A stretch of 64,000 nucleotides of DNA. Source: Mesotaenium endlicherianum. Its lineage: Eukaryota. Shown here piece after piece: positions 34,926 through 48,815 of the stretch. How positions within the stretch are numbered: position 1 is the stretch's first letter; the number at the start of each line of letters is the position of its first letter. Location: positions 202,746 to 266,745 of the forward strand of contig WELA01002258.1 of NCBI GenBank assembly GCA_009602735.1. Reading direction: 5' to 3'. The translations under genes and the position numbers were made by a program. A model generated the notes under the pieces. It was not told where the DNA came from and did no database searches. It saw nothing but the letters and a program-made list of their open reading frames with translations.

Positions 34926-35265
34926 CATGTCGTGTTGATAATCAAGCACATGTTTAAGTGGAATGAGCTCGTACCTTTGCCTAATAAGGCCTGTGTAGGC
35001 ATTGCTCAGGCTTTCCTTCACCAAGTCCTAGCCGTTTTGGCGGCTACGCAAAGGTGCTGACCAAGCTCGACAAGGAGTTCTAGATTAGCTTCAGAAGCTG
35101 CTGTAGCGTTCCATCATAACCCACCGCACCACCTCTTGCGACCATCCTCAAGCTGATGACCTTGCAGAGCGCATAGTGGAGATTGTTAAACTGGAATTAC
35201 ACAACTACTGCCTGGCCCACGCTAGCACCCATTGGGACGACGAATTGCCGTGGCTAGCCATAGGG
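34926..35265 (+). pseudogene. Highly decayed retrotransposon integrase core fragment
   Basis: Frameshifted translation: HVVLIIKHMFKWNELVPLPNK..AQAFLHQVL..ITHRTTSCDHPQADDLAERIVEIVK..HWDDELPWLAIG. Confidence 0.7.
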
Positions 35266-38200
35266 CACAACATATCACCCACAAGTATTGCAGTGCTGCA
35301 GGTGACACAAAGCCACTTGCGACGCTAGACAAAGAACACTTTGGACACAAGCAGCTTGTTGGTCATCCTGAGGGTCAAGCGCGTCTTGGTTTGAGGAGTC
35401 TTGAAGCTAAAAGGCGCAGATGGCCGTTTACACAAAAACGACGCTATGAACTGTGGTTCCAGTCACCTTTCTAACCTTGACTTGCAGATTCGTCCTTGCG
35501 ATGCTCGACCAATGAAAATGTTTTACATTTGCACCCCTTTTTGTCTATCAAGTCACGTGTATTAGAGACTCCATTGCAACAAAGTTTGATAACTTGACTT
35601 GTATCGCTTATGCTGTAGCTGATGCACCCATGAGCTCTTAACTCACGACAATCATCCAAAGGTAATTGTCTCGATAAAGATAGCACACAGCAATCGACTA
35701 CGTTGCGCAAAAGTATTACTAGTACTACTTTGTGCATACCTCACCCAATCCACCCAAGAAGGATGATGTTTAATGAACACAATGATAGTAATTTGCTATT
35801 ATAACCAAAATAGTGTTCTAGAGCAAAGAAAAAGACCTGCAGTGCACTCAATTGCACTAGTTTCCCACCTTCACAATATTTGCAAAATACTATTTTACCA
35901 CCAATTGACTATTTGATACCACATTTACACCCGATATGTCCAATTTAGACATTTTTATGACAAAATGAACAATGTTGCGAGAAAAACCACAAATTCAACC
36001 AGATCCCTAAAAACATTGGGAAGTGAGAAAACACCTTCATTTAGCCGTGAGGGTACATGTGCATGATACGTACAAAAAGATATCACACGAATAACCGAAT
36101 TCGTGAGACAAGATCGTGTCGTCAAATTTGAATTTGAGGAGAGTGGATTATCCTTGCTAAAGTATGTACAAGGTATATGGTTACATGTTTTGTTCTGCTA
36201 ATTTTGAAAAATACACAAAAAGTAAGGGACTGTTCGCAGGACCGGCCCGGCAGGCATAAGGGAATATTTTCAAAAACTTTGATCGTGCGTTTTATGATTT
36301 CTAGTAAAGAAAACAAAATTAATGTAAGAAGAAAAATGCAATCGCGTATATGATGCCTCTTGAGAATTTACTTCTCGTCACACTGGGGTCTTGAACCCTG
36401 AACCTCTGCCCCTCCGCCAAAACAAGCACGGATTTATTTAATGTCCATGACTGAATTAGCTGCTCATATGGTGAGTATGGTCACTGAAATTGGGCTTTAA
36501 TTGAATTTAAATTTTGCAAAAGAAATGAATGTCATATGAATTTTTTTGTCAAACTGCTCGCGTGACCTATATTGTAAGTGATTGAAAGTTCTCGCCAATA
36601 CTCAAAGTTCAAAGGAATGTCAAACTACTACTACGTTGGTATGAAAGAAGCAAAGAGGTTTAGGCCGAAATTATGGCATTTCTTGCAAAATGGTCAGAAT
36701 CGTCATAAGATTGTCCAACTTGTCCAAATTCGGTGTGAATTTCGTCTCACGGCGTCACTTGATGGTAAATATATATATTGCTCTTTCAATATCTTTTTCT
36801 TCGTCAGAAGATGGTTCCGTATCTCCACAGCTAAATGAAGGCATACCACAGTCGTTGACATTCGTCATTAATTTAGAACGGAAAACGTGTGTAAGGAAGT
36901 CGTTGTACAGCGACATATTGGTTCTCATTGGTCCTGGTTTCTTGAAGACGTGAAGATACGGTTCTGAACATGCACCGCGTGCAAGTAGACTACTATAACA
37001 TCGGTAAAAGAAAGTCATTTTACCAACTTTAACCCTGCTTTACCGCTCCAATGACCCACTTTTCCCTCTGTCACCGACTTTAACTTGAATTTTACCGGGG
37101 AACGGGACAGAACGGATACTCTACTCAATGGGGACGGAAAAGGACCTGAAATATCTATGACGGTGTACACGCTGTCACTCATGTTAAAAGCCGCTACCAT
37201 TTGCTTCAGTGCACTTTATCTCCTCCAGCACAGCAAATTGCAGCCTTGTCTTTTGGAGCACGTTGCAGTAGATCGGAGTCCATCGGAGTCAGTCGAGAGT
37301 TGGTCGGAGTGGCCCGCATATGGGCTTGCATGGAGCTGATGGTGTCCTGCGATGCATCCGTGCTGATTCATGCTCCGCAATTGTCCTCAGTGCTTCCGAT
37401 CTGTTCATGTGGCGCGCAATCGGAGGGCTCTCACATTTTGGCGAATGCAAGCAGAAACCCTCGATTCAAATGCCCGACGGCACTCGAACGGCACTCGACC
37501 GCACTCGACAGGGTTTGAACACGAAGATGCCAAATATTATCCTCGTACCATAGCACATATCAGGCCCACATAGCACCTGGCACCATCCCCTACCATATCT
37601 AATCAAGAATGTGGCAGAGCCGGTGCGAGCGTGGTCTGCACCTTGCGATATCAAAAAGTGCCCTAGTCTTCCCGCCATTGCTTGCGACCTGATATTTGCA
37701 ACGGTGTGAGTACCGAATAATTCGAGTTTAATGTCCTTGGTTAGGGTTTTGTGTAGTCTTAATACACGATCTTTCTAGAGCACGAGGCTATCATATTAGG
37801 CGCAAGTATAAGACCACGTTAAGGGTAGACATATTGACATCTCTGTGTGCACCCTCTTTGTATAGTTCAATGGCCTCTAGCGCCATCCAGGCAGTGCTTC
37901 CCTCTTTGGGAGCATGCCACGGCATACTTAATGTGCGAAAAGAAAGAGGTTTCCGAACATCTCTAGGCCATGTTTCCTTGTACAAAAAGTACGACCTAGC
38001 ACATCGCTGCTCCCTTACTTCTATAAAGTGTGCAGTTACAGAGGAGCGAAATGAAGTGAGGTCGACCCTGCCTAAGGAAGTGCACATTCTCGACTCTGAA
38101 GTCTTCGTGGGTACACAGGTGGGTAGCTTGAAGTTGCGTCCTTGCCAATGCATTCTTCACCTGCCTAAAGCAATAAGTATAAGATGAGCGGTCTTGGTGT

Positions 38201-39424
38201 TATGGGCTGATGTGGGTTGAGGTTTGCCAGAAGTTGATATTAAGTGACGCAGGGTCTCACATGGGACGGTTATGATTTTGTCAAGGAGGTAGTGTACTTC
38301 AATGGAGGAGGGATGCTCCCTGAAACATCCAATCACTATTTCACTTGGAATGAAGTTTATCCTCCTCAAAGTAGCACATGCTTATGGCATCTTGTGGCCA
38401 ATAGCATCAGAAGTAGGTCGTAGACTTCGACAATGTCATTTATCCTGGTCAGAAGGGGTTGACGTTGACATTTTGCCCGGATCAAGAGCTTGACCTTGTC
38501 ATTCTGCCCTCTTTTAGTTGCTGTCCGCTTGGACAGCTACTACGAGTGTCACAGCCAGTATTGGTTTTGACGCAAGGGCATTGAAGTTATTTCAGTACGA
38601 AAAGTGTATAGTTTCACTTACATCTGTGTCTACATGTATATCTCTGCGGGTAAAAGTGGATAGTTTCCCATGATGCATTGAAGCGTTCGGCTGTGCACTT
38701 TATGAGGTCGTACAGATTCTGTTGACGGTTGTTGCAGCAGTGTAACAGAATACATTGAGAGAAGAGCAAGCTGGCCTCTGGAGGCCTCTCCAGAGGTCCA
38801 AATATCAGCGGCAGAGAGGTGCAGCCAGACATTCCTGCAAGTTGCAACTGCAAAGTTGCAGCAGCAAATTGTAGCTGCAAATTGCAGGGGCACATCAGTG
38901 TTCAGTGTTGTCAGACTGCAGGGGTGCCTTAGTATTGAAGTTTTTAGTTACATTGCAGAGGAGCTTTGGCATTCGGGGTCAGTATTTAGACTGCTAGGGC
39001 AAATTGGGGTCATTATGTCAGCCTGCAAAGTTGCCGTTGGGTTAGATTTATGAGTCTTTTGCCGGGATACGTTAGGGTTAGTGTCGTAAGTAAGACTGCA
39101 GGCACGTCGTAGGGTTGATTGGCTTCAGTCTGCCAGTCCTCAGGATGGTTCGCCACCTGGACCAGCTCTCCATTGGTGTTTATTGGCTGGTGCTCGAAAG
39201 TAGTTGGTGCAGTCAACTTGTGTTCCTCCTTTTCCCAGACTTGTCGTACAAGTGAGGCCTCTCCCCTGGCATTGAATGCCCCCAGTAACTCTCTTGAGCA
39301 CCCCCTACGCAAGCACGCGTGGACTGCGCCCTCCTTTCTCTGTGGGCCAATGTCCTGCTAAGGGGCAGCTTTTGGTGACGTTGGGAGAGAGTTAGGAGGC
39401 CTTTATTTTCTAATCTGCTGAGTA

Positions 39425-39512
39425 TTGCCTGGCCTGGCCTGACTTGGCCTAGCCTAGCCGAGACTAGCCTAGCCTGGACTTAACTAGCCTAACCTATCCT
39501 GTACTAGGCTGT
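39425..39512. repeat. Degenerate (GCCTA/GCCTG)n pentamer repeat
   Basis: gcctggcctggcctgacttggcctagcctagcc... Confidence 0.7.
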
Positions 39513-39576
39513 ACTTACAATTTTGTCGTAAGGTGATCCCTCTCACATGCATGTTGTGGGGGTTGCTTGGGTGCAG

Positions 39577-42500
39577 GCGCAGCAGACACAGAAGAGCGAG
39601 AAGAGGGAGGAGGAAGTGGAGGGCTCGGGCGACATTTTGGACGGCTCCATAAAGGACGCTGTGCAGGCGGCGGCGCGCGCCCTGGAGGAGCTGCCCCTGC
39701 GCACTCTGGGTACTGCTGCATTGTACACGGGTGAGCGCGTCTCCTCCTCCTTCACCTCCTCTTCCTCATGCAGCACGCACTGTGCAATGTCCCTTTCTGC
39801 TTGTTTGTTTCATTTGCTCTGCTCTGTCTGAGGGGTTGAGCGTTCCTGGGTGGATGCGCCACTAGTGTCGGCCGGGTTCCAATGAAGCTAGTAACGAGAG
39901 GAGAAGGTGAAGAGGGCAGCTTGGAGAGTGAATGAGGGCAGATGTGGGGACAGATTTGCTCGATCGCACGCCCGCGAGCACATTCTGCGAGATGCCTAAG
40001 TCCTCTGGCTGTCACCTTGCCCACTTGCGCGGAGTGGCATTTTGAGGTGGCAAGTGGTGAAACGCAATCCCAGCAAGCCACATCACCTCTTAGCGCGGAG
40101 AGAGCTATGCTGCCTAGCTAGCTGTCTCGCCCTTGTGCTTGGGAGGTGATGGGCGCTCTAGCTCAAGGCCCGGACGTCTCCGTGCCTCTTGCTTCCTCTC
40201 CCTCTGCCTCTCACGCCAGGTCATTGCGCCACCTTCGCATCAGATAAGACGGGCTGGCATGACAGATGGGTCGGATGTGGGGTTGAGTAGAGCATATGGG
40301 TAGGGTAGCATGATCGAGGTTAGAGTTAGGTAGGGTAGGGCAGGGCAGGGTTGGGAGGGCTGAGGACTGATCATTCTTCGGCCTGTTCCTCCCTTTCCTT
40401 CTGCTCTCTTTCTCCTGCTCGCATGTGTGCATGAGCATGACCCACTTTTTGCCTTGATCTTTGCGTAGAAGCCGCTCTCTCTTTTTCTCTCTCTCCCCTC
40501 CTCTCCCTCCATCTCCATTCTCTTTCAGGGGTACTATCTGCAGCGTGGATGTGGTTTTGGATCTAGCATTGGCATGCTGGGAGGGCGGGGGCGGGGATAG
40601 GTGGGTCCAATGTTGTTTCTACAACCGGAATCAGCGCCAGGTAGACCACAGCGCTGCAGCATGTCTCCCCCCTGCTTTCCCTCCTCCCTCCCTCGCCCCT
40701 TGCGCATGTGACATTCTGACAGCATTGTTTGAGTGTGTGGTGGGTGACGTCCAATCTCGCGAGCGGATGAGCAGGCGTGCTGGTGCTGGGCAGCCTGGTA
40801 GCGGCAGAGCTGCTGGACCAGGTGGAGGTGGTGCCACTGCTGCCCTTTGCCATGCAGGGCCTGGGCGCCATCTATTGCGGTCTTGTTGCCAGGTACTGCT
40901 GCTGTCGTCGCTCCCACTGCTACTCCTATTGCTTCTGCTACTCCTAGAACTGCTACTGCTACTGCGTGCCAACAAAAATTGGAATTGCCTAGCCTAGCAG
41001 CCGCAGCATTTGTGCTCGCGAGCTCTTGTTGCATTTCAGGTTGCAGGCTCATTGGAAGGAGAAGACAAATTCTCTCCCTCCCTCTCTCGCGGACGTGCAC
41101 GCGCATGCGCACTCGTACACATGCGGGCGCGCACGCACGCACGCACAGGAGAGAAAGTCACAAGGGCCACCCATAGGTTGGATGGAGCAGCGCACGCGTC
41201 CGTCAGCAGATTGTTGATGGAGTACAGGAGGAGGAGAGACAGGCACTGACTGCGTGCTCCCCTCTTTCTCGCATACCACACGCTCTGAGGCTGGGGTAGG
41301 GAGAGAGAGAGAGAGGTTGAGAGCAGCCCCCCCCCCCCTTCCCCCCCTTTCTCCCAAACGCGCGTGCCTGCAAGATTTCATGCGTGTGAATTACACCATG
41401 CAGCGATGCGTCCCCAGGCTCGAATGTGCTGGCTCGCACAAGACTGCTGACGTCCCCTGCCTGCCTGCCTGCCTGCCTGCTTGCCGCGTGTCACACATTC
41501 GCTGTGTCGGCCACTGAAGTATTGGGTTTGATGTGGGGAGGGGTGGTCGCAGCCGCTACTGGGCGTCGCAGCAGGTGGACCTGCGACCAGCGTCGCCAGT
41601 TGGCGCCATCCTGGAGCTCCTGGACGGCGCGCCCCCGTTGACCGGCGGGCGCGTGGGGCCCTTCCGCGCCTTCTCCGAGATCAAAATCCCCGAAGTGAGG
41701 CTTCTTTGCTCCTCTGCTGCTTCACTACGCTCTGATAGTCTGTGCCGCTCTTGTGCTGCTTGGCGACTGGCTGCTGCTGCTGCTCTGCTGCCCTTCTGCT
41801 TTCTGCTGACCTCTGCTCCGCTGCCCCCTGCCCTCTGCCCTCTGCTGCTCGTCTGCTCGTCTGCTCTCTGGTCCCTTTGCCTACCTCCCTCCCCACACGC
41901 GCGCAGGGGGAGCGCAGGTTGACATCAGCCAGCCAGTGACCCAGTGGAGGCAGAGCGCGTGTTCTTCCTGGAGCCTGCTACTGCTTGCTCTTGGCCCTTT
42001 CCCCTCCGATTCTACTCACTCTGTCAGGAGAGAGGGTAGCAGTGGCGATTATGCGGCAATAAGTGCAAGATAATTGTGTTCCGGCCTGTGCCTAGACCCA
42101 GTGTGCTGTGAGAGATGAACAGAGGAGGGGGAGCTGACGAGGACCTTCCTTCCCCTGCTCCCCCCCCTTCCCCCGCACCGCCTGGGCCCCCTTACTCGTA
42201 GCTCCAGCTCTGCTTTGGGGACTGGCCAGGCAAGGTGGCTGCGAGCCTGGTGTGTGCTGTTGGCTTGACTGACACGGAGACACGTGGCATGTGTGCGATG
42301 CCTGCCTGCAGAACATAGACGAGGCCAGCGCGGAGAAGCTGCGCCAGCTGGCGGGGCAGAGAGACGCTGCTATGGCACAGGTGGGCACGCACATGCACGC
42401 ACGGGCTCACACGCTCATTTTTCCTTTGTCTTGCCCGGCTTTGGAGGCAGTCCAGCTGAGGTAGCCGACAGGCACTCCATCTGTCCGTCGCTCCTTATAC

Positions 42501-45093
42501 CCTTTGTCAGCTCTCACATAACCGTAATCTGGCCTGCCTATGTGCTTCCGTGCCTGTCTGCCCGCCTCGCCTGCCTGGCTCCCTTTCTGTGGCTGTGGTG
42601 TTGACGGTCCTGGCGTAACTGACGAGGGAGTCTGTAGGTGTAAGCAAGCTGGAGATGCTCTGCGGGGTGGGGTGGCACCAATATGATTTCTCTTCTTTCT
42701 CACTCTCTCTGTGTGTGTGTGTGTGGGCTTCCTCATGCTGACATGCGTGGAGGATGGAGCCCTGTGTGCGTGCCAGGTAGAGGCCATGAGGGCGGCAGGA
42801 GCAGAGATTGGGAAGGTGGTGGCGGAGAAGGAGGCGTTGGAGGCCGTGGCCATCCAGCTGGCGCAGGAGCGCGACTCCGCCATGAGCGAGGTCTGCCCGC
42901 ATGCCAGCGCCTCCCTATCCACCGTACACAGCCCACAGAGCACACAGCTTGTGCTTCTTGGGGAGGCTCTTGCAAGCAGAAGATTTGCACACCTCAGGAT
43001 GTTGCCGCAGGCGTGCAACATTGAGTGGGCTTGTGTGTGTGGTTTTTTATTTGTCTTTGCGTGCGAGTGTGTGCGCATGTGTGTGCATGCGTGTGTTGTG
43101 TTTGGAGTTGCATTGGCGTGTGTGCATGCCTGTATGTTTGTGCATGGGTGTGCGTGTGTGTGTGCACTCACGCGCCGGGGGACGGTTGATCTGCTGGGTG
43201 GCTGGGGGGGACGTGCAGGTGGGTGCGCTGAAGTCGGCGGTGAACATGATGACGGAGCGCATGAAGGATATTGAGGTCATGCTGCAGCAGGAGGTGCAGC
43301 GCCTGCAGACGCAGAACCAGGCGCTGTCCACCGTGGCGCTTCAGCTGGCGTCGGAGCGCGACGCCGCCATCAAGGAGGTCCGTCTGCGCACCCGCCCGCT
43401 CTAGATGAGGTCACCCAGCCAGTCGCTGACTTGTTAACCGAAGGATGGGCTTGGCCACGCTCACTTCCTCATGGGTCTTCTAGGCTGTTTGTCCGACAGA
43501 AGGATGGCCCCCTTGCATGCGCACGGGCTGTCGAATATGTGATCTGTCCGTCCGTCCCTCGGTTGTTCTTTCCGCCTGTCTGTTGCCCGCCCCGTCCGTC
43601 CGTCCGTTTGGGATGTATGGGCGCATGCTGTGGTGCCACGTGCCAGTTGCGCTTCTTCTGTGTGGTCCCTTTTCGACTTCCAAAGTCTGTTCCTGGGAGT
43701 GCTGCCCCGCCCAGTGAGCGAAGGAGTGATGCAGAGAGTCTGGCATAGGCCAGATAGTAGTGAGAATTCAGGACCCAGGGGCAGGGATTGAAGGGCTAGG
43801 CTTGTAACGAAGCTTTTCCTGAGATTTCTCTCAAGCACCTACCTGTCTCCCGATTGTGGCTGTGCGGGGATGGATGTTTGTGCTGCCAGATGGTGGGCCT
43901 GAGGCAGCTCACCAACGAGGAGAAGGAGGAGCTGGAGCTGCTGGCCGCCAGCCTCATCGAGGACCGAGACTCTGCCCTGGCTGAAGTGGAGCAGCTCAAG
44001 GAGGTGCCTGCCTGTCCCTGTCCCTCTCTCCCCCCCTCCCCCTCGCTCTCAAGTGCTCTCAGCAGTTCCCCCCGCCCCCATGTGCAGTCATGCTTGTTTC
44101 GACTTGGAGTGCACGACTCTGTTCATGACTAGTCTTTGTGGCGATGTTTGCTACAACTTTGATGGGAAGGCTTGGTGTGTTTGTATCATGGCTGGGTAGT
44201 TCGAATTTAGCATCGTCTTACAATTTCCCGCTGTCGATGGGAAGCAGAGGTTAAGCATTGCTCCAGGACGTGGTCACAAACCCAGGAGGATCGTCGAGGA
44301 GATCTAGGAGCTTGACAGCTCCTTGTTGTGTTCAAAGGCAGTTGTGCCTGTGCCCCCTCATGCTATGTAGCAACAGTCGACCACGTTGTGTTCCCGGTTG
44401 TTTGACACAGGTGCAGGGGCTGGCATGCAGTCTGAGGGCGAGGAGGTGGTGCGAGGCTAGAATGTCTCGTCTGTGGGGATTAGGTGCCCGTGCTCCACGC
44501 GTCACTGAATTGCGCTGTCAATTTTGTTTGACTGCCTGGCAGGTGGTTGCAAGCCTGAGCGGCTCAGCATCGGGGCTGACGCCAGAAATGGAGCAATTTA
44601 TCAAGGCTCAGGCTCGCGACGTCCGTTCACAGTTCATTAGCATCAGCGCCCCATACGAGGAACAGGTAAGCAACCACTTGCTTTTGCCCAATGTAGCTTG
44701 TTTTTTATCTCTCTTGCTGTTCCTCTCCTGGTCACATGTGGGAGCTAGCTGGTGAATTGTTGCAACTGCCTTCAGCTGCTGCCTGCACGGCAGATGAGAT
44801 ATGCCTGCTATTTTGCAGGGCATGTGTTATAGTGCGGGGCGGGCTGCGGCGATTTGGCATGTGTTGTGGCATGTATTATGGGCTACGCTCAGCACTTCCT
44901 CTGGCACTGTCTTCATTGGCTTGAGCAGAAGGAGGCTGTGGATGCTCTTGTTGCTCATCTTGTGGACGAGTTTGGAGCTCCGGAGGAGTGGACAAGTGAC
45001 TACATTCAGAATTTCCTGAAGTCGTCGTCTATGCAAGGACTGGGAGTCGGCGCAACCCGTAAGGAGACACAGAAGATCAAAATGGCAATTTAA
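39577..45093 (+). CDS. CURT1/CAAD-domain-like protein with a C-terminal coiled-coil repeat extension; N-terminal exon(s) not resolved
   Basis: Phase-consistent GT-AG exons 39577-39730, 40775-40892, 41553-41694, 42312-42380, 42777-42890, 43219-43377, 43890-44003, 44543-44665 and 44929-45093. ALYTGVLVLGSLVAAELLDQVEVVPLLPFAMQGLGAIYCGLVASRYW follows the CAAD pattern (LYG...VPLLP..MEL.G..Y.....RY). Confidence 0.72.
43401..43514 (+). pseudogene. Tiny decayed gypsy RT fragment in an intron
   Basis: LDEVTQPVADLLTEGWAWPRSLPHGSSRLFVRQKDGPL aligns with [38 protein letters not shown] of element B. Confidence 0.65.
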
Positions 45094-46283
45094 ATGTAAT
45101 GGAAGCTAGACAGAATGTATCTCCATTTGAAGCAGACACTATGTGTACATAAGTCTGTCTGAATCATGGTTGTGCTTCCAGTTCCTGGAAGCGCAGCTTT
45201 GTAGGGTATACGCTTTTCAGGAAGTAGGCAAACTTTATATTATTAGTTCATAAGACATCTGATGGCATTGTAGTCGATAATCGAACATATCCATCGTGTT
45301 AAGTCAGCTGTGCTCTACGATTGACTCTGAAAACTCCAGAATGTCGAGTATGCACTCTGTGCATGGCTTCCATCACTTAGCACGAGTTTGTCTTTCTACA
45401 GACTCCATGATTTTCACTAAAAACTTCGAAACATCTGTGTCAAACTTGTTTACCATTTCATAAGTCTCTGGGGCTGGAGAGGCCAACTTTTTTTTTTTGC
45501 ACTTGATGTGTTTGAGCATTAGGCAGCTTATGAGATGGACAAGGATTGCTGCGCAGATTGGTAACGTGTCTTTTCCACAAACCTGCTCAGTGCTGCGGTC
45601 AGACATGATTTACTTATTTTCTCTTTGTACGTGTTTGTTCAGTCAGGGGACCACAGCAGCTTACATCCTGCCAGCATTTTTTTTCATGGAAAGCAAAACG
45701 TCAGTCCAAAAGACTGGACAAAGGACCGTGCACGGCTGGTGAGTAAATACTACTGATGACATTGTATGTCCTTGTTTGTGGCAGAAAAAATTGAGACAGT
45801 GTCCAGCAATTTGGCCTCAAGCATTGCGCAAATGCCCCTTGCAAACATGAACTGCTCATGAGTGCAGGTGTAACAACGACTAGTGATTCCATTTCCATAT
45901 GTTCTTTAGCAAATATACGAAGCAGTAGAGTGATGTTCGCTGAGAACACGAACATTTGTCATTCATGGTGATCAGGTGCATGGAAGTGGCGTGGAAGTTT
46001 TCAAAAATGACGAGAACAATTGTTGACAGAAGATATCGCATAGTATATATGTGCAGCTAAAACAACTTCTATAATCATGTACAAGAAAGAGCACTGCAGT
46101 GGAATTCAGGGATTAAAACACAGCTTGCAGGGTAAGAGTGAAATAACACTGCTTAGTCGATTGTACAGTCAGGTAAGACTAAGTTGCATGATGTGGTGAC
46201 TAGATACTGTCAACAACATTGTCACCCAGATGTCCAGATTAATAGTAACATTGAAAGTACTTTGACCTTAATTTGCTCTGAAG

Positions 46284-47496
46284 TTACTCTTCATGGTGCC
46301 CATCTTCACTTGGCAAAGCCGTGGGACACACACAACTGATAACGTTCTGTGCATAATGTAATCTGCAGCTGATGTTCTCGCTCAGACCATCAATAGAACG
46401 AAGAATCTCGATATCTTCCTCCCAAGCTTCAACTTGCTGCTGATGGAGACTGGTGAGATAATGTAAGGATTGACTCTAATAAGGACACGTTAAATTGTCT
46501 TTATGTACACAGTTTGCAGTGAAACAAAAGATGTCCGCAACATAAAAGGACAACCAACAAGTCTGCGCATAGAGGAGGATACTGAAGAATCTTTTCTTCC
46601 CATGCATTGTGAGCCTCGGTGAATGCGGCCTTCCCTGCATCCAATATGCTTGATACCTGCAAACAACAGTCCACGACTTTCCATATATACCTTAGAATGC
46701 TGGAAAAAATTGCTGTTGGCATGAGGACATTGGTAATCTGCTTTTGGCACTCTCATTTAGAATAAGATGTAGTATGGACATCACTTACAGTTAACGTACC
46801 TGTGTGCCAAATGCCTTGACTTTTGAGCGAACATGCTGGATGCTGGCTTCCATTTCGTCAGAGCCTTTTTGTTGATCATTTGAGTGCTGAAGGTTTTCTT
46901 CATCTGCAAGTGTATCTTTGGCTGGTTCTATGGCTGCATCAAGTTCCTGCTCACCTTGTGAAAATACAGACTCTTGATAATCATATCCTTGACTGAAGCA
47001 GAAAATGACGAGATTCTTTGTTTCACCTATTTCTAGTAGGGTCAGCATACACACATCCAATGAGTGTGTGGACACCAAACAGGCATGTCAGGTACTTTCA
47101 ACTGGAGTATTGCTAGCTTCTCTCATATGAAGTCCTACCACTCCATGTGACCATTGTGAAACACATGCTCAATAGACAAGCATCGTGTCGTCTCTTCATG
47201 AAATACATACGCACGATTGCATCATCATAGAGCACTTCATTGCTGAAGCTTCAAAATCGCACTTGCTTCCATGCAGGACTGCGGGAGACAGCTATGTTAT
47301 TCTTGGTTTCTCAGCATAATTAATAATCTTAAGTGATAAACATTCAGCTCTAGATGGGCAAGGTCACGTCTTTCAAAAGTAAGACTGTTTACGGTGAGCA
47401 GGCACTTAGCAACACCTTTTGGGTGGATCTTTTGGCATCAGGTTCGTGTTCTTCAAATTCTTCCTTCCTAGGTCGCTTCTTTTCCACTTCCTCCAT
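46284..47496 (-). CDS. Small multi-exon coiled-coil protein resembling plant knotted1-binding protein 36 (KNB36)-like proteins
   Basis: Exons near 47416-47496, 46800-46990, 46590-46657 and 46284-46450; MEASIQHVRSKVKAFGTQVSSILDAGKAAFTEAHNAWEEKIL..HQQQVEAWEEDIEILRSID. Family call from memory; some splice sites unresolved. Confidence 0.55.
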
Positions 47497-48815
47497 CTTT
47501 CTTGCAAGTGTGTGTGCATCAACTGGCTCAAAATGCTATCACACTTGAGCTCAACTAGTGGTAAACTTTAATCTCCTTCTCCTTTGCAGTCACGACGCAA
47601 GAAGTAAACCTGGGCATCAAAGTTCCACATGGTATGCAACCCATACGTCTGCAAGTCTGTGGAGTCATGGGCTTCCGTTTGTCGCATGCAGGAACAAAAG
47701 TACCTTTGTTTCAACGTCGACTGCACTATGTTTCCATCCAATGACAGTCTATGTGAGCTCTTTTCTACCTGAGCAAACACTAAATAACTCTGTGCCACTA
47801 TGAGCCACGCGCGCCTATGAGCCGTGCGCCCCCCATGAGCCATGCTTGCGCCGAATTGCGCGTGATTGCACCGTTAAGTGTTAGTCACATGCGGTCTGTC
47901 AGGCTGACTGATTAATTTACTCAAGGTCCTCGACTGGTGTGACCACGACTCTGACCCAAGTTGGTCATCCCAGGTCATCCCCCTTTGGCCCACTTTGGCC
48001 CACTTTGGCCAGACTTTGGCCCGTCGACCGCCTTCGACATGCTTTGACATTCGCAAGACTCGACGAGACTGGACAATTCATTCAGCGGATGCTTAGCTGT
48101 CAGCTAATGAAGAACTCGAGAACTCTTAAGCTGTCTAGGACCATCTAGGACAGTTCAATTCAGAATGACAGGAGTGGCCTGGGAGTGGCAAGCCCTTTCA
48201 GCTTTCATATCTGTTCAGATATGCTTCTGTTAGCAATTTACGATGAATAAGTATACCTCCTCTCCCTCCAAGCTGGCACTCTTAATTCCCAACGTCTACT
48301 ACTCAGAACTCGGAATTAAGAGTTTTGCTGTTAAAGATCACCCATGAAATTGCAAATGGCTCGTGCGTTCACACTCACATAGCATACGTCAACCAGAGGG
48401 TAATTTTTAAGTACTCAGGAAACGTGTGTCGAGAGGAAAACACTTCCTAGTTCTCCGGCTTACAGGCAGAAAAAGTTTCTCTTCTGGGTTAAATAATATC
48501 TGAAACACAGAAAAACATTAGGGGCCTCAGATTTGTGTGCAATATACTGTTCTCCCGCTCTTACATGATGAGCGCCAATCGTTTGAGAATGTACATGTAT
48601 TTTGCTCTCCTGTGGTACATAACGTAAACATCCAATTGCTAGAAGCTAAATCGAGAGTATGTGCAGTTTGGATGATCCCCAAGCCAACATGACGAAGTTT
48701 GGGTAAGCTTAGGAGTAAACAAGAACACCCTGTTCATTCACAGTGCATCCATCAGCCCAATAATTTGGTCTATTCACGCGGCTTAATTCTGCTTCATATA
48801 CTGCATCAAATCAAC

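Noticed and set aside
36550..39360. Short ORFs as a gene or as the first exons of the CURT1-like gene
   Set aside because: No recognisable domain and no consistent splice path could be built
40601..40640. Alternative 40-nt exon in the CURT1-like gene
   Set aside because: Phase-compatible, but the acceptor context is poor, and exon 40775-40892 gives the recognisable CAAD sequence
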